64,000 bases of DNA from Azolla caroliniana (lineage: Eukaryota > Plantae > Polypodiophyta): the NCBI GenBank assembly GCA_043228905.1, contig JBHGNT010000002.1, positions 12,090,001 through 12,154,000 of the forward strand, given 5' to 3'. Below are positions 11,881 to 25,600 of this stretch, in pieces (position 1 is the first letter of the stretch; each line of letters opens with the position of its first letter). The notes under the pieces were generated by a model. The model ran no database searches and was not told where the DNA came from. It saw only the letters and a list, made by a program, of their open reading frames with translations. A program made the position numbers and the translations under genes.

Positions 11881-14365
11881 AGACCTGGTGAGAACCAGAA
11901 GAGACCTAGTGAGAACCGGAAGAGAAGACATATCTGTAAATATGTTTTGAGTAAGCCTATTGAGGCTATCTTTGTAAATAGTCGTAAGTTTATATAAGTA
12001 TAAATATGACTTAGGGCAATCACTTTGAAAGGTTGTAGTTGTTATACTGTTGTAAAGGTTGTACAGTGTGAGTGACAGAGAGGGAGAGAGAGATACAGAG
12101 CGATACTCTGTTGTAATCGCCGCCTGGCAAAGAAACCGAGCTCGAGGTCGTTGCCTACGAGTCTCTGATTGTACCCCTTCTCTTCATTCTCATCGAAGCC
12201 ACAATGTGGGAGGTGATGCACATGAAGACAACGACATACATTCGGTGCTTCATCGACATGAGCCTGTACAACAACTTCAATGAAGAGACCAAGGCTCATG
12301 AACTCTAGGAGAAGATCGACATCATGTTCCAGAACAAGAATGCCGTTAATCGGGTTTCGGTATTCCGGAAGCTAGTGAGGATATGATACCAGAATGACTC
12401 CAGTATGGTGGAGCACATGAATGCCTTCTAGGGGCTGATACATCAAGCAACCTCGTTGGAAGTACCTCTCGCCGATGAGGTACTAGCATTGCTCCTGCTC
12501 GGTTCCCTCCCGGATAGCTGGGAGACGTTAGTTGTCACGTTGGACAACGCCAAGCCGGAAGGAAAACAATTGTCCCTAGCAAGGGTAAAATCAAGCTTGC
12601 TAGATGAAGAAGCTCGCCAAAAGGACCGGGAGTCCGGAACCAATCCGAAGGCTTTGGTCATGGAAGATGACCACAACTGGGGAAGAGGTCGGTATCGAAG
12701 TCCCCAAAACCGGGACGAATCGGGGACGAGTTCGAAGTCAAGGGGGAGGCCCACGTGCTTCTATTGCGGGAAGGCGGGACACTTCCAGAAGAATTGCCGA
12801 CATTTCCGGAAGGAGAAAGAAACTGGGACTACCGATTCGAAGAAGAGTTCGGACCGGTTTGGACCGGATCGTAAGGGAATGTTGGCGATCACAACAAGTG
12901 AGGAAGAACTGATGCTCATTACCGAAGAGAATGAGTTAAACCTTGTCGGCGACGAGACAACGTGGGTTGTCAATTTCAGAGTGTCGTTCCACCTGACACC
13001 GGATCAGAGATGCTTCTCATCCTACACAGCCAGTGATCATGGTTGTGTCCGGATGGGGAATGAAGGGACATGCCGAATTATCGGAATAAGAGATGTACTG
13101 TTGACGACATCAACTGGATGCAACCTACTGCTAAAGGATGTCCGACACGTTCCGGAGGTTTGATTGAACCTGATATCAGCCGGTCGGCTAGATGATGAAG
13201 GCTACATGGGTAAGGATTCAGAACGGTGTTATGAAGTTAAGCAAGGGAAGCTTGATAGTGGCTCGAGCCCAGAAGATCAACACACTATACTTGATGAATG
13301 CCCGGATATGCCAGGAAGAAGTGAACGTAGCATCCGACACTGCCGGTGAGCTACGGCACAAAAGAATGTGTCACATGAGTAAGAAGGGGATGAAGAGACT
13401 TGCCGAAGACAACCTCATTCCGGTGAAGGAAGTGCAATTTGAGAAGTGCACCGATTGCTTGGCTGGCAAGCAAAACCGAACCTCCTTCCGGTCAAGGCCA
13501 CCGATGAGACGGAATGCACCACTAGAGCTGGTGCATACCGATGTGTGTCAAGTGGACACGAAGTCACATGTCGGATCGCAGTACTTCGTGACGTTCATAG
13601 ATGACCACAACCGGAAGCTGTGGGTCTCACCATTGAAGACGAAGGATCAGGTGCTATCTATCTTCAAGGAGCTCCACACGAGAGTGGAAAGAGAAACCGG
13701 CTGGAAGCTGAAGGCGGTTCGAGTAGATAACGGAGGAGAATACCGGGGGCAGTTCGAGGAATATTTCCGGTCGAAGGGAATCCGGCTCGAGTTTACTATG
13801 TCGAAGATGCCGGAACTAAACGGGCTGGCCGAAAGGATGAACTAGACCATAACGGAGAGAGTCCGGAGCATGCTCACACATGCCAAGTTACCCAAGATGT
13901 TTTGGGCTGAGGCGCTGATGATGACGACCTATGTGATAAATAGATCACCCTCAGTGCCCTTGGATGGAGACACACCGCAAAGAGTATGGACTAGTAAGGA
14001 CGTGTCTTACCGACATCTGAAGGTGTTGGGATGTCTCGCATATGTACATGTCGCAAAGGACAAGAGAGCAAAGTTGGATCCGAAGTCCAGGCCATGCATA
14101 TTCCTTTGATACAACGATGATGAGTTCGGTTACTGAGTGTGGGATCTGGTCAACAAGAAGGTGTTCCGGAGTCGGGACATAGTCTTCATGGAAGACAAGA
14201 CCATTGCTGATTGGGAGTCGGAGAAGAAGGTGATGAACTCCGGATCATTCAATGAAAACTGGCTTGAGGACACAAGGACTTACCCGGTTGAAAACCGGAT
14301 GCTAGCCGGTAACCGGATGACACTCGACGAACCGGTCGGATATGGACAAGAAACCGAACTGACCG

Positions 14366-14410
14366 AAGAAGAAGAAGAAGAAGAAGAAGAAGAAGAAGAA
14401 GAAGAAGAAG
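14366..14410 (+). repeat. (GAA)n microsatellite encoding poly-Glu in the integrase-RT linker of C
   Basis: Directly visible GAA run in frame with ORF 14137-14490. Confidence 0.95.
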
Positions 14411-17400
14411 ACACCGGAACCGGACAAGATCCCGAATCAGATTCGAATGAGGAACAAACGAAGGAACCGACAGTTAGAAACCAGGGATAGAGATATCCTC
14501 ACCGAGAGAGAAGAGCCCCCCGGAGATTTCTAGACGTAGAGCATGTATTGCTAAATGATGAGGGGGAGCCGGAAAGCTTCGAAGAAGCAAAGAGAGACAC
14601 CCACAACCGCAAGTGGTTGAGTGCCATGCAGGATGAGATGGATTCCCTGCATGAGAACCACACATATGAACTGATGGAGTTGCCGAAAGGGAAGAGAGCA
14701 GTCTGGAACAAGTGGGTGTACAAGTTGAAACCGGAAGATGCCGGAAATCCACCCAGGTATAAGGCCCGAATCGTGATGGAGGGCTTCTAGCAGAAGAAAG
14801 GAGTGAATTTCAATGAGATCTTTGTCTCGGTAGTAAAGATGACATCCACGCGGACGGTATTGGGCATAACGGCAAGCACAGACCTCAAGGTAGAGCAACT
14901 GGACGTGAAGACAACATTCCTCCATGGTGACCTCGAAGAGGAGATCTACATGCATCAACCGGAAGGATTTGAGAAGAAAGGGAAGGAGCACCTAGTGGGC
15001 TGGCTAAAGAAGAGCCTATACGGACTGAAGCAAGCTCCCCAACAATGGTACCAAAAGTTTGACTCCTTCATGACTGACCAAGGGTACCACAAGATGCAGG
15101 CCGATCACTGTGTGTTTGTGAAGAAATTCGACGGAGGAAATTCCTTGATACTCCTCCTATATGTGGATGATATGTTGATCGTCGGACAAGACCAAGGCAA
15201 GATCCGGATGCTGAAGAAGGCTCTGAACCAGACCTTCTCAATGAAAGACTTGGGTCCAGCAAGACACATATTGGGAATGCACATCATCTGGGACCGGTCA
15301 AAGAAGCTGGTGTGGTTGTCACAAGAGAAGTACATGACAAAGGTGCTTCAACGATTCAACATGGTGGAGGCAAAACCGGTCGGATCGACACTTCTTGCAA
15401 ACTACAAGTTATTCGGAAAACAAAACCCAAGGACAAAGAAGAGAAGACGGATATGATGAAGATACCATATGCCTCTGCCGTTGGGAGCCTGATGTATGCG
15501 ATGGTATGTACCCGGCTGGATATCGGATATGCAGTTGACGTGGTAAGCCGGTTCATGAGCAATCCCGGAAAAGAGCACTGGAATGCGGTCAAGTGTATAG
15601 TCCGATATCTTAAAGGCACATCGAGTATGTGCCTCCGGTTTGGCTCCAGAAAACCCCAACTCGATGGTTTCATGGATTTAGATATGTCGGCTGATGCAGA
15701 TACTAGCTGGTTGACATCCGGATATGTCATGACTTATGCAGGAGGAGCTATTTCGTGGCAGTCGAGGCTGCAGAAGATGGTTGCATTGTCAACCACGGAG
15801 GCGGAGTACATGGCAGCTGTAGAAGCTGGCAAGGAGATAATCTTGATGACGGACTTCATCGGAGAGCTAGGAATCCAATAGGAGGAATACCGGCTCTACT
15901 GCGACAGTCAAAGTGCCATCCACCTTGCAAAGAACGCGGCCTACCATACCCAGACAAAACATATCCAGCGGAGGTACCACTGGATCTGGGAGAGAGTAGA
16001 AGATCAAGAGTTCATGTTGACGAAGATCCACACGGAGGAGAACGGGTCGGACATGCTGACCAAGGTCCTGATAACTGACAAGCTGGATGCGTGTCGAAAG
16101 TAGATCGGGCTGACAAGATATCCCATGCCAGAGTGATGGGATCCGATGATGAATAAAGAGGACCCAGTGAGAATCGGAAGAGATCCGGAAACCGAAGGAG
16201 ACCCGGTGAGAATCGGAAGAGAGCTGGTGAGAATTGGAAGAGAAGACATATCTGTAAATATGTTTCGAGTAAGCCTATTGAGACTATATTTGTAAATAGT
16301 CCTAAGTTCATATAAGTATAAATATGACTTAGGGCAATCACTTTGAAAGGTTGTAGGTGTTATAATGTTGTAAAGGTTGTACAATGTGAGTGACAGAGAG
16401 GGAGAGAGAGATACAGAGCGATACTCTGTTGCAACCGCCACTTGGCGAAGAAACCGAGCTCGAGGTCGTTGCCTACGAGTCTCTGATTTTACCCCTTCTC
16501 TTCATAGTGATAGTTTGGAGTTTGTGGGCTCCCGTGGTTTTTGCCTATTAGGATTTTCCACGTAAACATCTTGTGTTCACTCTTTAGTTCCCATTTCTAT
16601 GTTCTCCATTCTCATCAAAGTGTTCAAGACTCGGTTGTGGCCAAGCAATATTCTGGGTTTTTTCTCAACACAAACTATGCCTCCAACACGGACTACGAAA
16701 ATTGTGGCGGAATGTTTGTGATGAGACACAAAGTGAACTCGATGACAGCCTCCAACCTGACCAACACCTCCCAAAAAGAAGATGTATGGTTTGTTCACTC
16801 AGGTGCATTCAACCACATGACATCTCACGAGGATTGGTTCAAGGAGCTACGAAAGCCTGAACGACCCGGCTATATGGAAACTAGGGATGACACAATTCAC
16901 CCCATTCACCATGTCGGCAATGTTCCATTTGGGTAAGAAGGCAACAGAACATACATCAAGAATGCCCTACATGTTCCTACAATAACAAAGAACTTGTTCT
17001 AAGTTGGCTAGATAGTTGAATAGGGCATGCAAGTCCACTTCAATGATGACAATAGGATGCTTCATTGAAAAAGAAGGTCGACTTATCGCTCGTGGTCGGA
17101 TGTTCATCCTCGACTCCCATGAGATGAACTCGGCAATGTATGCCAAGGGCCAGAGAGTCGACACCGACATAGAGTTTTGGCACAAGAGGATATGCCACAT
17201 CAATATGCAAAAGCTCAAGGGAATGCAGTCGAAAGGAGTCGTCATTGGATTGCCGCCCTTCACCGAAAAGGAAATTGCAGGTGTGTGCGAAGTTTGCCAA
17301 TTCGGCCAACAGTACCGACAACTGTTCCCAAAAGAGAGGAACATAAGCAAAGGGACTCTGGATGTAATTATACATTAAGATGTATGGGGATCAGCCCCAA

Positions 17401-18411
17401 TGACAACATTCGGTGGTTGCTGATACTACATAACGTTCATCGACGACTTCTCTAGACATACCTGGATCTACCCTATGTGGCAGAAGAGTGAAGTGTTCTC
17501 ACACTTCTAGAAGTTGAAGAACGAAGTCGAAAGGCAACCAATTGTCATGTACAATGCTATTGATTGGACGATGACAATGAGTACTTCTCCGACGCCTTTA
17601 CAACATACCTTTGACAAGAAGGAATTCGGTGGGAGTTTACCTGCCGACACACACCTCAGTAGAACGGGGTGACCGAGCCAAACGCAAGAACCGGCACATA
17701 CTCGAGGTGGCAAGGGCAATGATGAACGAGAAACATCTGCCAAAGTCATATTGGGCTAAAGTGGCAACTAGGCTGTTTATCTGATGAATCGCTGCACAAC
17801 ATTAGGAGTGCACGATATTACCCCCTGCAAAAAGTTCTATGGGAAGAAACCGGATCTATCCCACGTTAGGATATTCGGTTCAATAACATATGTACATATT
17901 CCCGATGAGAAGCGGCAGAAGCTTGATCCCAAGTCAGAGAAATATATACTCGTAGGGTACTCACTCGCGCAAAAAGGGTATAAGTGTTTCAACCCTTCCA
18001 CCAAGAAGGTATGAGTGAGTAGGGATGTCGTATTCGACGAGTCAACATTATGGTATATAGTTGAATCAGTCCCATCCGACATAGTCGAAACCGAGTTCGA
18101 CACAGATGCAGAGGAGGATGATCGACCAAGGTCCATATTAGAGGAAAGTCCAATCCAACCAGGTTGAGTGGACCACAAGAGCCTCCAAGCGATCAAAGAA
18201 CATCGCGGCCGAGTCCAAAATAGGACAAAGGCAAGACCAAAATGCCCGAGTACGAAGACTCGGGTGGAAATGAATCAAATCACTCACCAGACAGTGAGTA
18301 TGGTGGATTGAATGTTCTCAGTGTGGGGACACCAGGGGCACCTCATCGCTCCACCCGAGAGAAGAACGTAGTCAGCTGATTCCGCTACAACGACTACATG
18401 GCATATCATTA

Positions 18412-18770
18412 TTATAGATTATTAGTAGATTATCTATTTCAAGTTCTAAGAGTTTTTAGAAAGTTCTAGAACTAGAAGGTTATAGAGGGTTCTACAATAT
18501 TCTCCTGAATATTCTCCAAAATATTCTAATGCATGCACTTCGACTCACAATATAAATACTTGTAACCTCCTTGGTCCTTTTCAAGGGATTCAACACCAGT
18601 CATTCACACATCAATCTACTATTCTCATTTCATGCCATATTGTCACTGTGATCCTCATCTCTATCTTTATGCTCTTATGTCGTTTCCAGTGTCTTAAGTT
18701 CCACGCTCTTAGCCCCATCATTGGTGCTTCGACGGAGTCCGCGGTTGGTCTGTCCGTGACAGATGTAAGA
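18412..18770 (+). mobile_element. Foreign LTR-like fragment replacing part of the B integrase-RT linker
   Basis: Non-coding insert with a TATAAAT box, ending CCCCATCA followed by PBS-like TTGGTGCTT. B coding stops at DYMAYHY and resumes at KNETWDLV. Confidence 0.45.
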
Positions 18771-19235
18771 ACTCTGCAAGAATGAGACATGGGATCTGGT
18801 CCCTTCTTCAAACTACCAACAATTGGATGCCGGTGGATCTTCAAGGTAAAGGCACAACGCCAACGACACTGTCCATCGGTACAAGGCCCGACTTGTGGTG
18901 AAGGGCTACATGCAGATGCACGGTGTCGACTACGAAGAGACCTTTGCCCCGGTGGCAAAGATGACTACAATTCGAACCATGATCACGCTTGTAGTAGCAA
19001 AAGCTTGGAACCTCCACCAAATGGACATAAAGAACACCTTTCTCCAAGGCGAGTTAGAAGAGGAGGTGTACATGATATAACCTCTTGGATTCAAGTCGAC
19101 TACACATCTGACTGTTGTTTGCCGACTCAAAAAGCCTCTCTACGGTCTCAAGCAAGCACCGAGAGCATGACATTCGAAGATAACGCAATATCTTCATCAA
19201 ATCGGCTTCAACATGTCCAAGTCTGAGAACTTTCT

Positions 19236-19309
<74 letters not shown>

Positions 19310-20649
19310 CTTCCGTTGCACAGAATCCATCCGATTCTTCACACATACTAAATCGACTCCCAACAAAGCCCATAAATGGAGGATACCAGGAGGGAATCTG
19401 GCAACAAAAAAGGGTTAGTATAACTCTTCTTCGTGCTTTTGGTTGCAAGGCATACTTCCATGTACCTCGTCCACTTCGTCATAAGTTGGATCCAACTGCC
19501 AAGCAAGGAATAATGCTCGGATACGAGGATCCAGGCTATGGGTATAGAATTTGGAATGAAGAGCAAACACGAGTGTTTGTCAATCGCAACGTGTTGTTCG
19601 ATGAAGATAATTTCCCTTTCAAAATGCAAGAAGAAGGTAACAAATCTAGTGTTAAAGGTTCACACATGATCATTGATAGCATTTTGCAGGAAAATGAAGA
19701 CACATTTTGTGGTGAAGAACCATGTGACGAAACGCCACTTTCGAGAAGATTAGCAGACGAATATAAGAGAAGGAACATCACCAAATGAAATGGAAATTGC
19801 ATCGTCTTGTTTGAGGTGAGGTCAAATAATTAGACAACCATCTTCTATCCTTAGAGATCCTTCATTCGAGTACAATGTAAGTGTAGAATCTGAAATGTTC
19901 GAACCATCCAATTTAAAAGAAGCTTTACTTTCACTAGATAAAGCAAAGTGGGAAGAGGCAATACATTTAGAGCTTGAAGCACATCAAAAGAATGGTACAT
20001 GGGAACTTATAAAAGAAAGTGAAAGGCAATAAACCATAGGTTCCAAATGGGTGTTCAAAATCAAGAGAGGATCAAATGTGACTCCTATCAAATACAAGGC
20101 TCGATTAGTGGCTCAAAGCTTCAAACAAATTGTTGGCATTGATTTCACTGCAACTTATGCACCAATTGCCCTCATTGCTTCCATTCGGGTCGAATTAATA
20201 AAGACATGTGCACAAGGTTGGGAAATCCATCAAATGGATGTAAAAACAACTTTCCTTAATGGAGAATTAAATGAAGAAGTATATATGACATTACCAAACA
20301 TGAACAAGGAGGAACCAACACAAACATGTCGACTTAAGAAGGCACTTTATGGCTTAAGGCAAGTAGGAAGATTTTGTATATCCGCCTCCATAATTTCTTT
20401 CTATGAAGTAATTTCACATGTTACAGATCAGATCAAAGAATATATGTTCTTTGTAACAATGAAAACTAGATTATTTTGTGGTGTATGTTGATGATATAAT
20501 CAACATGGCCAACATATTTTTAGCCACCCAATATTTGAAAGACATCTTGAATGCAGATTTTGACATGGAAGATATGGGTGCTATCTCCTTTTGCTTAGGG
20601 ATTGAGATTTTATACAATCAAGAGTTATTCACTTTAGTTCCTTTCAACT

Positions 20650-23297
20650 GTCGAAAATCGTATGTTGGCAGGGATCGCTATGGACTCCGACAAAGTTCAG
20701 GATCTTGAATGCCCCGACTCCAACTCCGACTACAACGAAAGCTCTTAGCCAATTTTTCGGGAAAATCTGGTGGCACAGTTGGATGGTGCGTTATTTGGCT
20801 GAGTTGGCGACATCGTTACACGCGGCGGACCTTTTCGATGGACAATAACGGAAGAAGAATCCTACAAATCCCTCAAGGTTATGCTCTCGTACGCACCGGT
20901 GGTGCAACCCCCCAACTGGTCACAACCTTTTCATGTTTTCATCACCTCTTTCGACATGGCCATCGAAAGTGCTCTCATGCAAATGATGCCTCCAAACTGG
21001 TACCGGCCAATGATTGACAATGTGCCTTAGCAGAATGCCGCTGGAGACGTAAAATGCACACTTCGCGGGGTTTAGACTTAGCCGAGCATATGGACATGAA
21101 GGATAGACGAGAGTTGGGGACTCTCCTCGAAGATGATACCCAAGCGAACGGGCTTGTGGTGGACTGGGTTGCGGTGAAGCAAACATGCAACAAGATCGAC
21201 ATGTGTCATCAATGGCTTGATGATATTGACTTGGTAAGACCAAGTGTAGAAAAATCAAAACCATCTAAAGAAGTCGAGACACCTAAACAACGCATCCAAC
21301 ATGAAAAGAAGATTGATGATGACTCGAGGATGATGATGGCCATTTCAAAGGAGGACAAATGTTTCGGAACATGCGTCGTGTTTGAAACAATGGATGATGG
21401 AGCAAGCCAAATTGAAGCTTGCATTAAGGGAGATAAAGAGTGTGAGATCGACATCATGAAGGATCTCGCCACTAAAATCAACATCGAGGAGGTGGCTATG
21501 AATAAAACAATAAGCGTCGACAACGAACACGATCGGATTTTCTCCACGCAAGTTCCAGAGACTTGGGTAGTTGCGTCAAAGAACCAACGTGAGACCCAAG
21601 AGACAGAAGGTGTCGGCGAGGAGCCGAAGGTTGAAAAGAATACATGCGACAAAGAGAGAAGGATAATCGAAGCTTTCTCAATCAAGAAGGTCAATGGGTA
21701 CGAGGCCCATGAGATTGAAGAGATAACCATAAGAAATGACATCAAGTCAGAGCTGGCTATGAAAGAATTAATGGCAGATGGCCACATCTAGGATTCCTTC
21801 ACACAAGTTCCAAAGACTTGGGCAGTTGCAGAGAGACAACCTGAGACCCAAGAGATGGAAGGTTACAGTAAGGAGAAGGACCAAGATGGTGTGAAAAACA
21901 TTGAGGCGAAGATAGATTTCGACAAGTCGATGGTCAATGATGGCAGTGACAAGACTTTCCCCTCGCTGGTTCCAGAGACTTGGGCAGTTGCGTCCGAGAA
22001 CCAACAGAAGACCCAAGAGACGGAAGGTGGCAACAAGGGGGAGTTCCAATCTAATGTGAAAGATGACATCAAGACAAAGGCGATTGACCAAAGACAAATG
22101 GAATCCTTCGCACATGTTCTAGAGACTCAAAGCCAATGTGAGACCCAAGAGATAGAAGGTGATGGCGGGGAAGCAAAGGTTCAAGCCAACACAAATAACG
22201 ATGTTGAGGCATGGCCGACAAATACATATGGATCTCTCCACACTCGTTCTGGAGACTTGGGCATTAACCGATGTAAGACCCAAGAGAAGGACAGTGACGA
22301 CGAGGAAGCAAGGGTCGAAACCGATGTGTGGGGAAAAGAGGCCAAGCAAAGCACAAAAAAAAAAACGAGGGCCAAGTGGGCCAAGAAGATATGAAGGGTA
22401 TTCCTCAAGATATTGATGTAACATTCAACTTGAAGGCGGACACTATCATTAAGATCGAGGAATCAATGGAGAATTCTGACATAAGAAGAACCCACAAAGA
22501 TGGACAAAGTGGGAAGCATGAAAAATGGTCGCGTGAGGATCTCGATGTGGGCATACACTTGAAGATACTACATGGGATATTCAAGGAAATTATTCAAATA
22601 ATAACTTGTGGAGGAAGACCAAAAACAAAACTACATGATGGGTCAAAGTGCCTTGACCAAGGAGATGGTCAGAACGAAGGTGGAACATGCATAAAGCCTA
22701 AACGGTTATTCTTGGAAGGAGAACAAGGGGCCATGACAACTGGTCATGGTAAATCAAAGAATGAGCGAATGATATGGTGGATTGGGTGGCGACAATGGTT
22801 CGAGTGAAGGGAATGGACATGCTCGAAATGGAGGAATCGTACTAATCACCGTAGCCGAAATCTCACACTCTCTTCTTGGCATGTACCGGAGGACGTGCGG
22901 TTTGGTGGGGGTGGATGTCATGAAGATTTTCGGCAATGGTGTGAAAATTGTGTGCAACGAACGAAATCGAGAAGGTGCAATGTGCACGTGTGAAAGGGGT
23001 GAAGGCCACACATTATGCTAGCATGTTGTAAATAGGATTGAAATGAGAATCGTAAAAGAAAAGCTAGATGTAAAGTTAAACATGTGCATGTGTGATGTGC
23101 GCTCAACTGTAAATATAAAAATAAGACTAAAGCATTTAAGTGCATACATAGGGGTGGAAGAAAGGCTTGAACCCGCTCAATTGTAAATATAAAAATAAGA
23201 CTAAAGCATTTAAGTGGATACATAGGGGTTGAAGAAAGGCTTGAACCTTGCACCTCCAAGATAGAAGACAAATTAACTTACCACTAAAGCCACTACT
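20650..23297 (+). mobile_element. Rearranged gypsy-derived remnant: pol fragment, long acidic ORF, PPT and partial 3' LTR
   Basis: 20650-21010 encodes IAMDSDKV, GKIWWHS, FRWT and APVVQPPNWSQPFHVF (RT/RNase H connection). Inverted RT piece LSLNPAKCAF at ~21010-21085. Acidic ORFs 21054-22807. GGTGGGGGTGGA then TGTCA at 22916, with a ~74-bp tandem duplication at 23108-23247. Confidence 0.6.
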
Positions 23298-24283
23298 GGA
23301 AGAAAGGGAAGGAGAACCTGGTGTGCCGGTTGAAGAAGAGGTTATACGGATTGAAGCAAGCCCCCCGACAATGGTACCAGAAGTTTGACTCCTTCATGAC
23401 CAATCAAGGATACCACAAGTCATAGGCCGACCACTACGTATTCGTGATAAAGTTAGACGGAGGAAACTTCCTGATACTGTTCCTATACGTGGACGACATG
23501 CTGATCATCGGACGGAACCGTATCAAAATTGGGATGCTGAAGAAGGCTTTGAGCCGGTCATTCGCAATGAAAGATAGGGGTCCGACGAGACAGATTTTGG
23601 GGATGCACATAATTTGGGACCGGTCAAAGAAGATATTTTGTCTGTCATTGGAAAAGTACGTGAGAAAGGTGCTTCAAAGGTTCAACACGTTGGATGTGAA
23701 GCCGGCCGGGTCGACACTTCTGGCAAATTGCAAGCTATCCACAATCAAAGCCCAAAGACAAAGACGGAGAAGTCGGAAATGATGAAGATATTGTATGCCT
23801 CTGCAATTAGAAGCCTCATGTACGCAATGATGTGTACATGACCGGATATCGGATACGCAGTCGAAGTGGTCACTGGTTCATGAGCAATCCGGGAAAGGAC
23901 CACTAGGCAATCGTCAAGTGGATACTCTGGTACTTGAAAGGCACTTCAAATATGTGCCTCCGATTCGGCTCAGGCAAGCCCAAATTCGAGGGTTTCACTG
24001 ATTCGAACATGTCGACTGATGCATATACCAACAGTCCTACGTCCAGATACGTAATGACATGTGCAAGGGGAGTTGTATCATTGCAATTGAGGCTGCAAAA
24101 GTTCGTTGCACTATCAACAACGGAAGCGGAGTACATGGCAGTCGTGGAAGCTGGTAAGGTAGTAATCTAGTTGAGGGACTTCATCGGAGAGCTAGGGATC
24201 CGAAAGGGGGAATACCGGCACTACTGTGAAAGTTAAAGCGCCATCCACCTTACTAGAAACATAGCCTACCACTGCAGGACAGA
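23298..24283 (+). pseudogene. Copia RT-RNase H fragment related to element C
   Basis: YGLKQAPRQWY, LYVDDML, ALSTTEAEY; close similarity to 14975-15960. Cut at 24284 by a TGTTG LTR-like start. Confidence 0.85.
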
Positions 24284-25385
24284 GTGTTGTTGGGGTGGGG
24301 GGTGAACATTGAAGCCTAGAATGGCTTCACCCCCCTCCCAAGGGGGTTAAGTTAGAGAGAGAGCTAGAGAGAAAGACAAATAGAAAATGACACAAAAATG
24401 AAGGGGAAAAGCTTATGTTCCTTATGTGCCCCATAAGGGGTTTTTATAGTACATAATGTAACGGTAAATAATGACCATTACAAAAAGACGACCATTACAT
24501 TCTTGTCTGTTAAGAATTAGGTAAATAATTAAGGGTTAATTAGTACCTAATTATGTGATTAGTTGATAAGCAAAAGACTAAGTGATATGCGTGTGTATGG
24601 GTGTGAGAGGAAGAGAGAGAGAGAGAGAGGAAGTTAACACTTATGAACAACACAAGATGGGGGATGTGTAACTATATTAAATTAGCATTATTATTATCAT
24701 CATCATCAAATACAAAAATACCTACAATGAGGTATATATAGATCTCATGTGCAAGGGTGCACATGTGTGAGGATAATATAGGTACAAAAGTGTAAGTCCT
24801 ATATTAAATGTACTTAGGAGTGGAGGATCTAGAATATCCCACTTAAGTACAAGGTCCTATTTCAGGTGTTATAGTCTACACTTCAAACTAGATTCTATCT
24901 AGGTAACTACGAAGTTACATGGTTGACTAACTAACTAAACTAAGTTGGGCTTGATGTCTCAACATTGTCACATGCACATAATTGTGCATGTGCTCACACA
25001 TACTCATCCTCACACACTTGTATGCATATTACATATTACACACCTTAGACTTTATCCATCCCGTACACCTATACGGATAACACCTGGCATGCTTGTGGGA
25101 CAACGCATTGCACGTCGGACCCACAAACCCATGCCAAAAAAATTCTTGTTGACTGGAACTCCATCGGTCTTCTCTCATGGTCGGAAATTCCTCGACGATC
25201 AATAACTTCGATCAGAGCTGGCTTGACACGAACCTTCTCATTCGGTCAGCATAATCGCACGATTGGATCGCACACCAATCGTGTTATCCATTGTGGTACT
25301 GTTATTTAGGTTTATCAATCATTGTGGGTGTATGTGGGTGTGTATATATGTTTTTCTTCCTTAGTATGTGTAGTGATGAGTTGTG

Positions 25386-25600
25386 TTTCCGAAAATTTAT
25401 GTCCTATCCCTCAGGTTTTTTTTTTTCTAAAATTATATTAAGTACCCTTCGGTTTTAGAAATCTCGTGTCCTGCCTTTCTGTTTCCGAAATTTGTTTGCG
25501 TGCCCTTGAGTTTATGAAATTCCGTACTATGCCCTTGTGCTTTAGGAATTTTGTCTTTTACCCTCAAGATTTTGAAATTCGAGTGCGTGCCCTCGAGTTA
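25386..25600. repeat. Degenerate ~30-bp tandem array, about 7 units
   Basis: Recurring TTT..GAAAT(T)......T(G/A)CCCT motif at roughly 29-30 bp spacing. Confidence 0.6.

Larger units (their letters stand above)
11675..16670 (+). mobile_element. Ty1/copia element C nested in B; degenerate, both LTRs partly deleted
   Basis: TG...CA ends with perfect TSD CAAAC (11670-11674, 16671-16675). LTR similarity between 11675-~12197 and ~16136-16670. Motifs: LLLGSLPDSW, CFYCGKAGHFQKNC, integrase LELVHTDVC, RT LLYVDDML, RNase H ALSTTEAEY. Multiple in-frame stops. Confidence 0.92.
9966..19343 (+). mobile_element. Degenerate Ty1/copia element B nested in A, itself interrupted by C
   Basis: 5' LTR TGTTGAGAATC...TTCACA 9966-10632; Met PBS TGGTATCAGAGC 10633-10644; gag EKLDRNNFASWEYKMHQYL; protease VWFVHSGAFNHMT (~16780); integrase QKLDPKSEK; RT to 19230; truncated 3' LTR 19231-19343. 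No clean TSD. Confidence 0.8.
7671..20640 (+). mobile_element. Old degenerate Ty1/copia element A, host of nested insertions; 5' LTR start uncertain, 3' end lost
   Basis: Segments: gag 8038-8651 (LWKWRMTMLL, EAWDTL); zinc knuckle CHYCQEKGHIACGC and integrase PLELVHMDLCGP within 9187-9965; after element B it resumes at 19344 with ILNRLPTK, KLDPTAKQGIMLGY and RT motifs YKARLVAQ, QMDVKTTFLNG, YVDD. Many stops; protease region missing. Confidence 0.75.
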
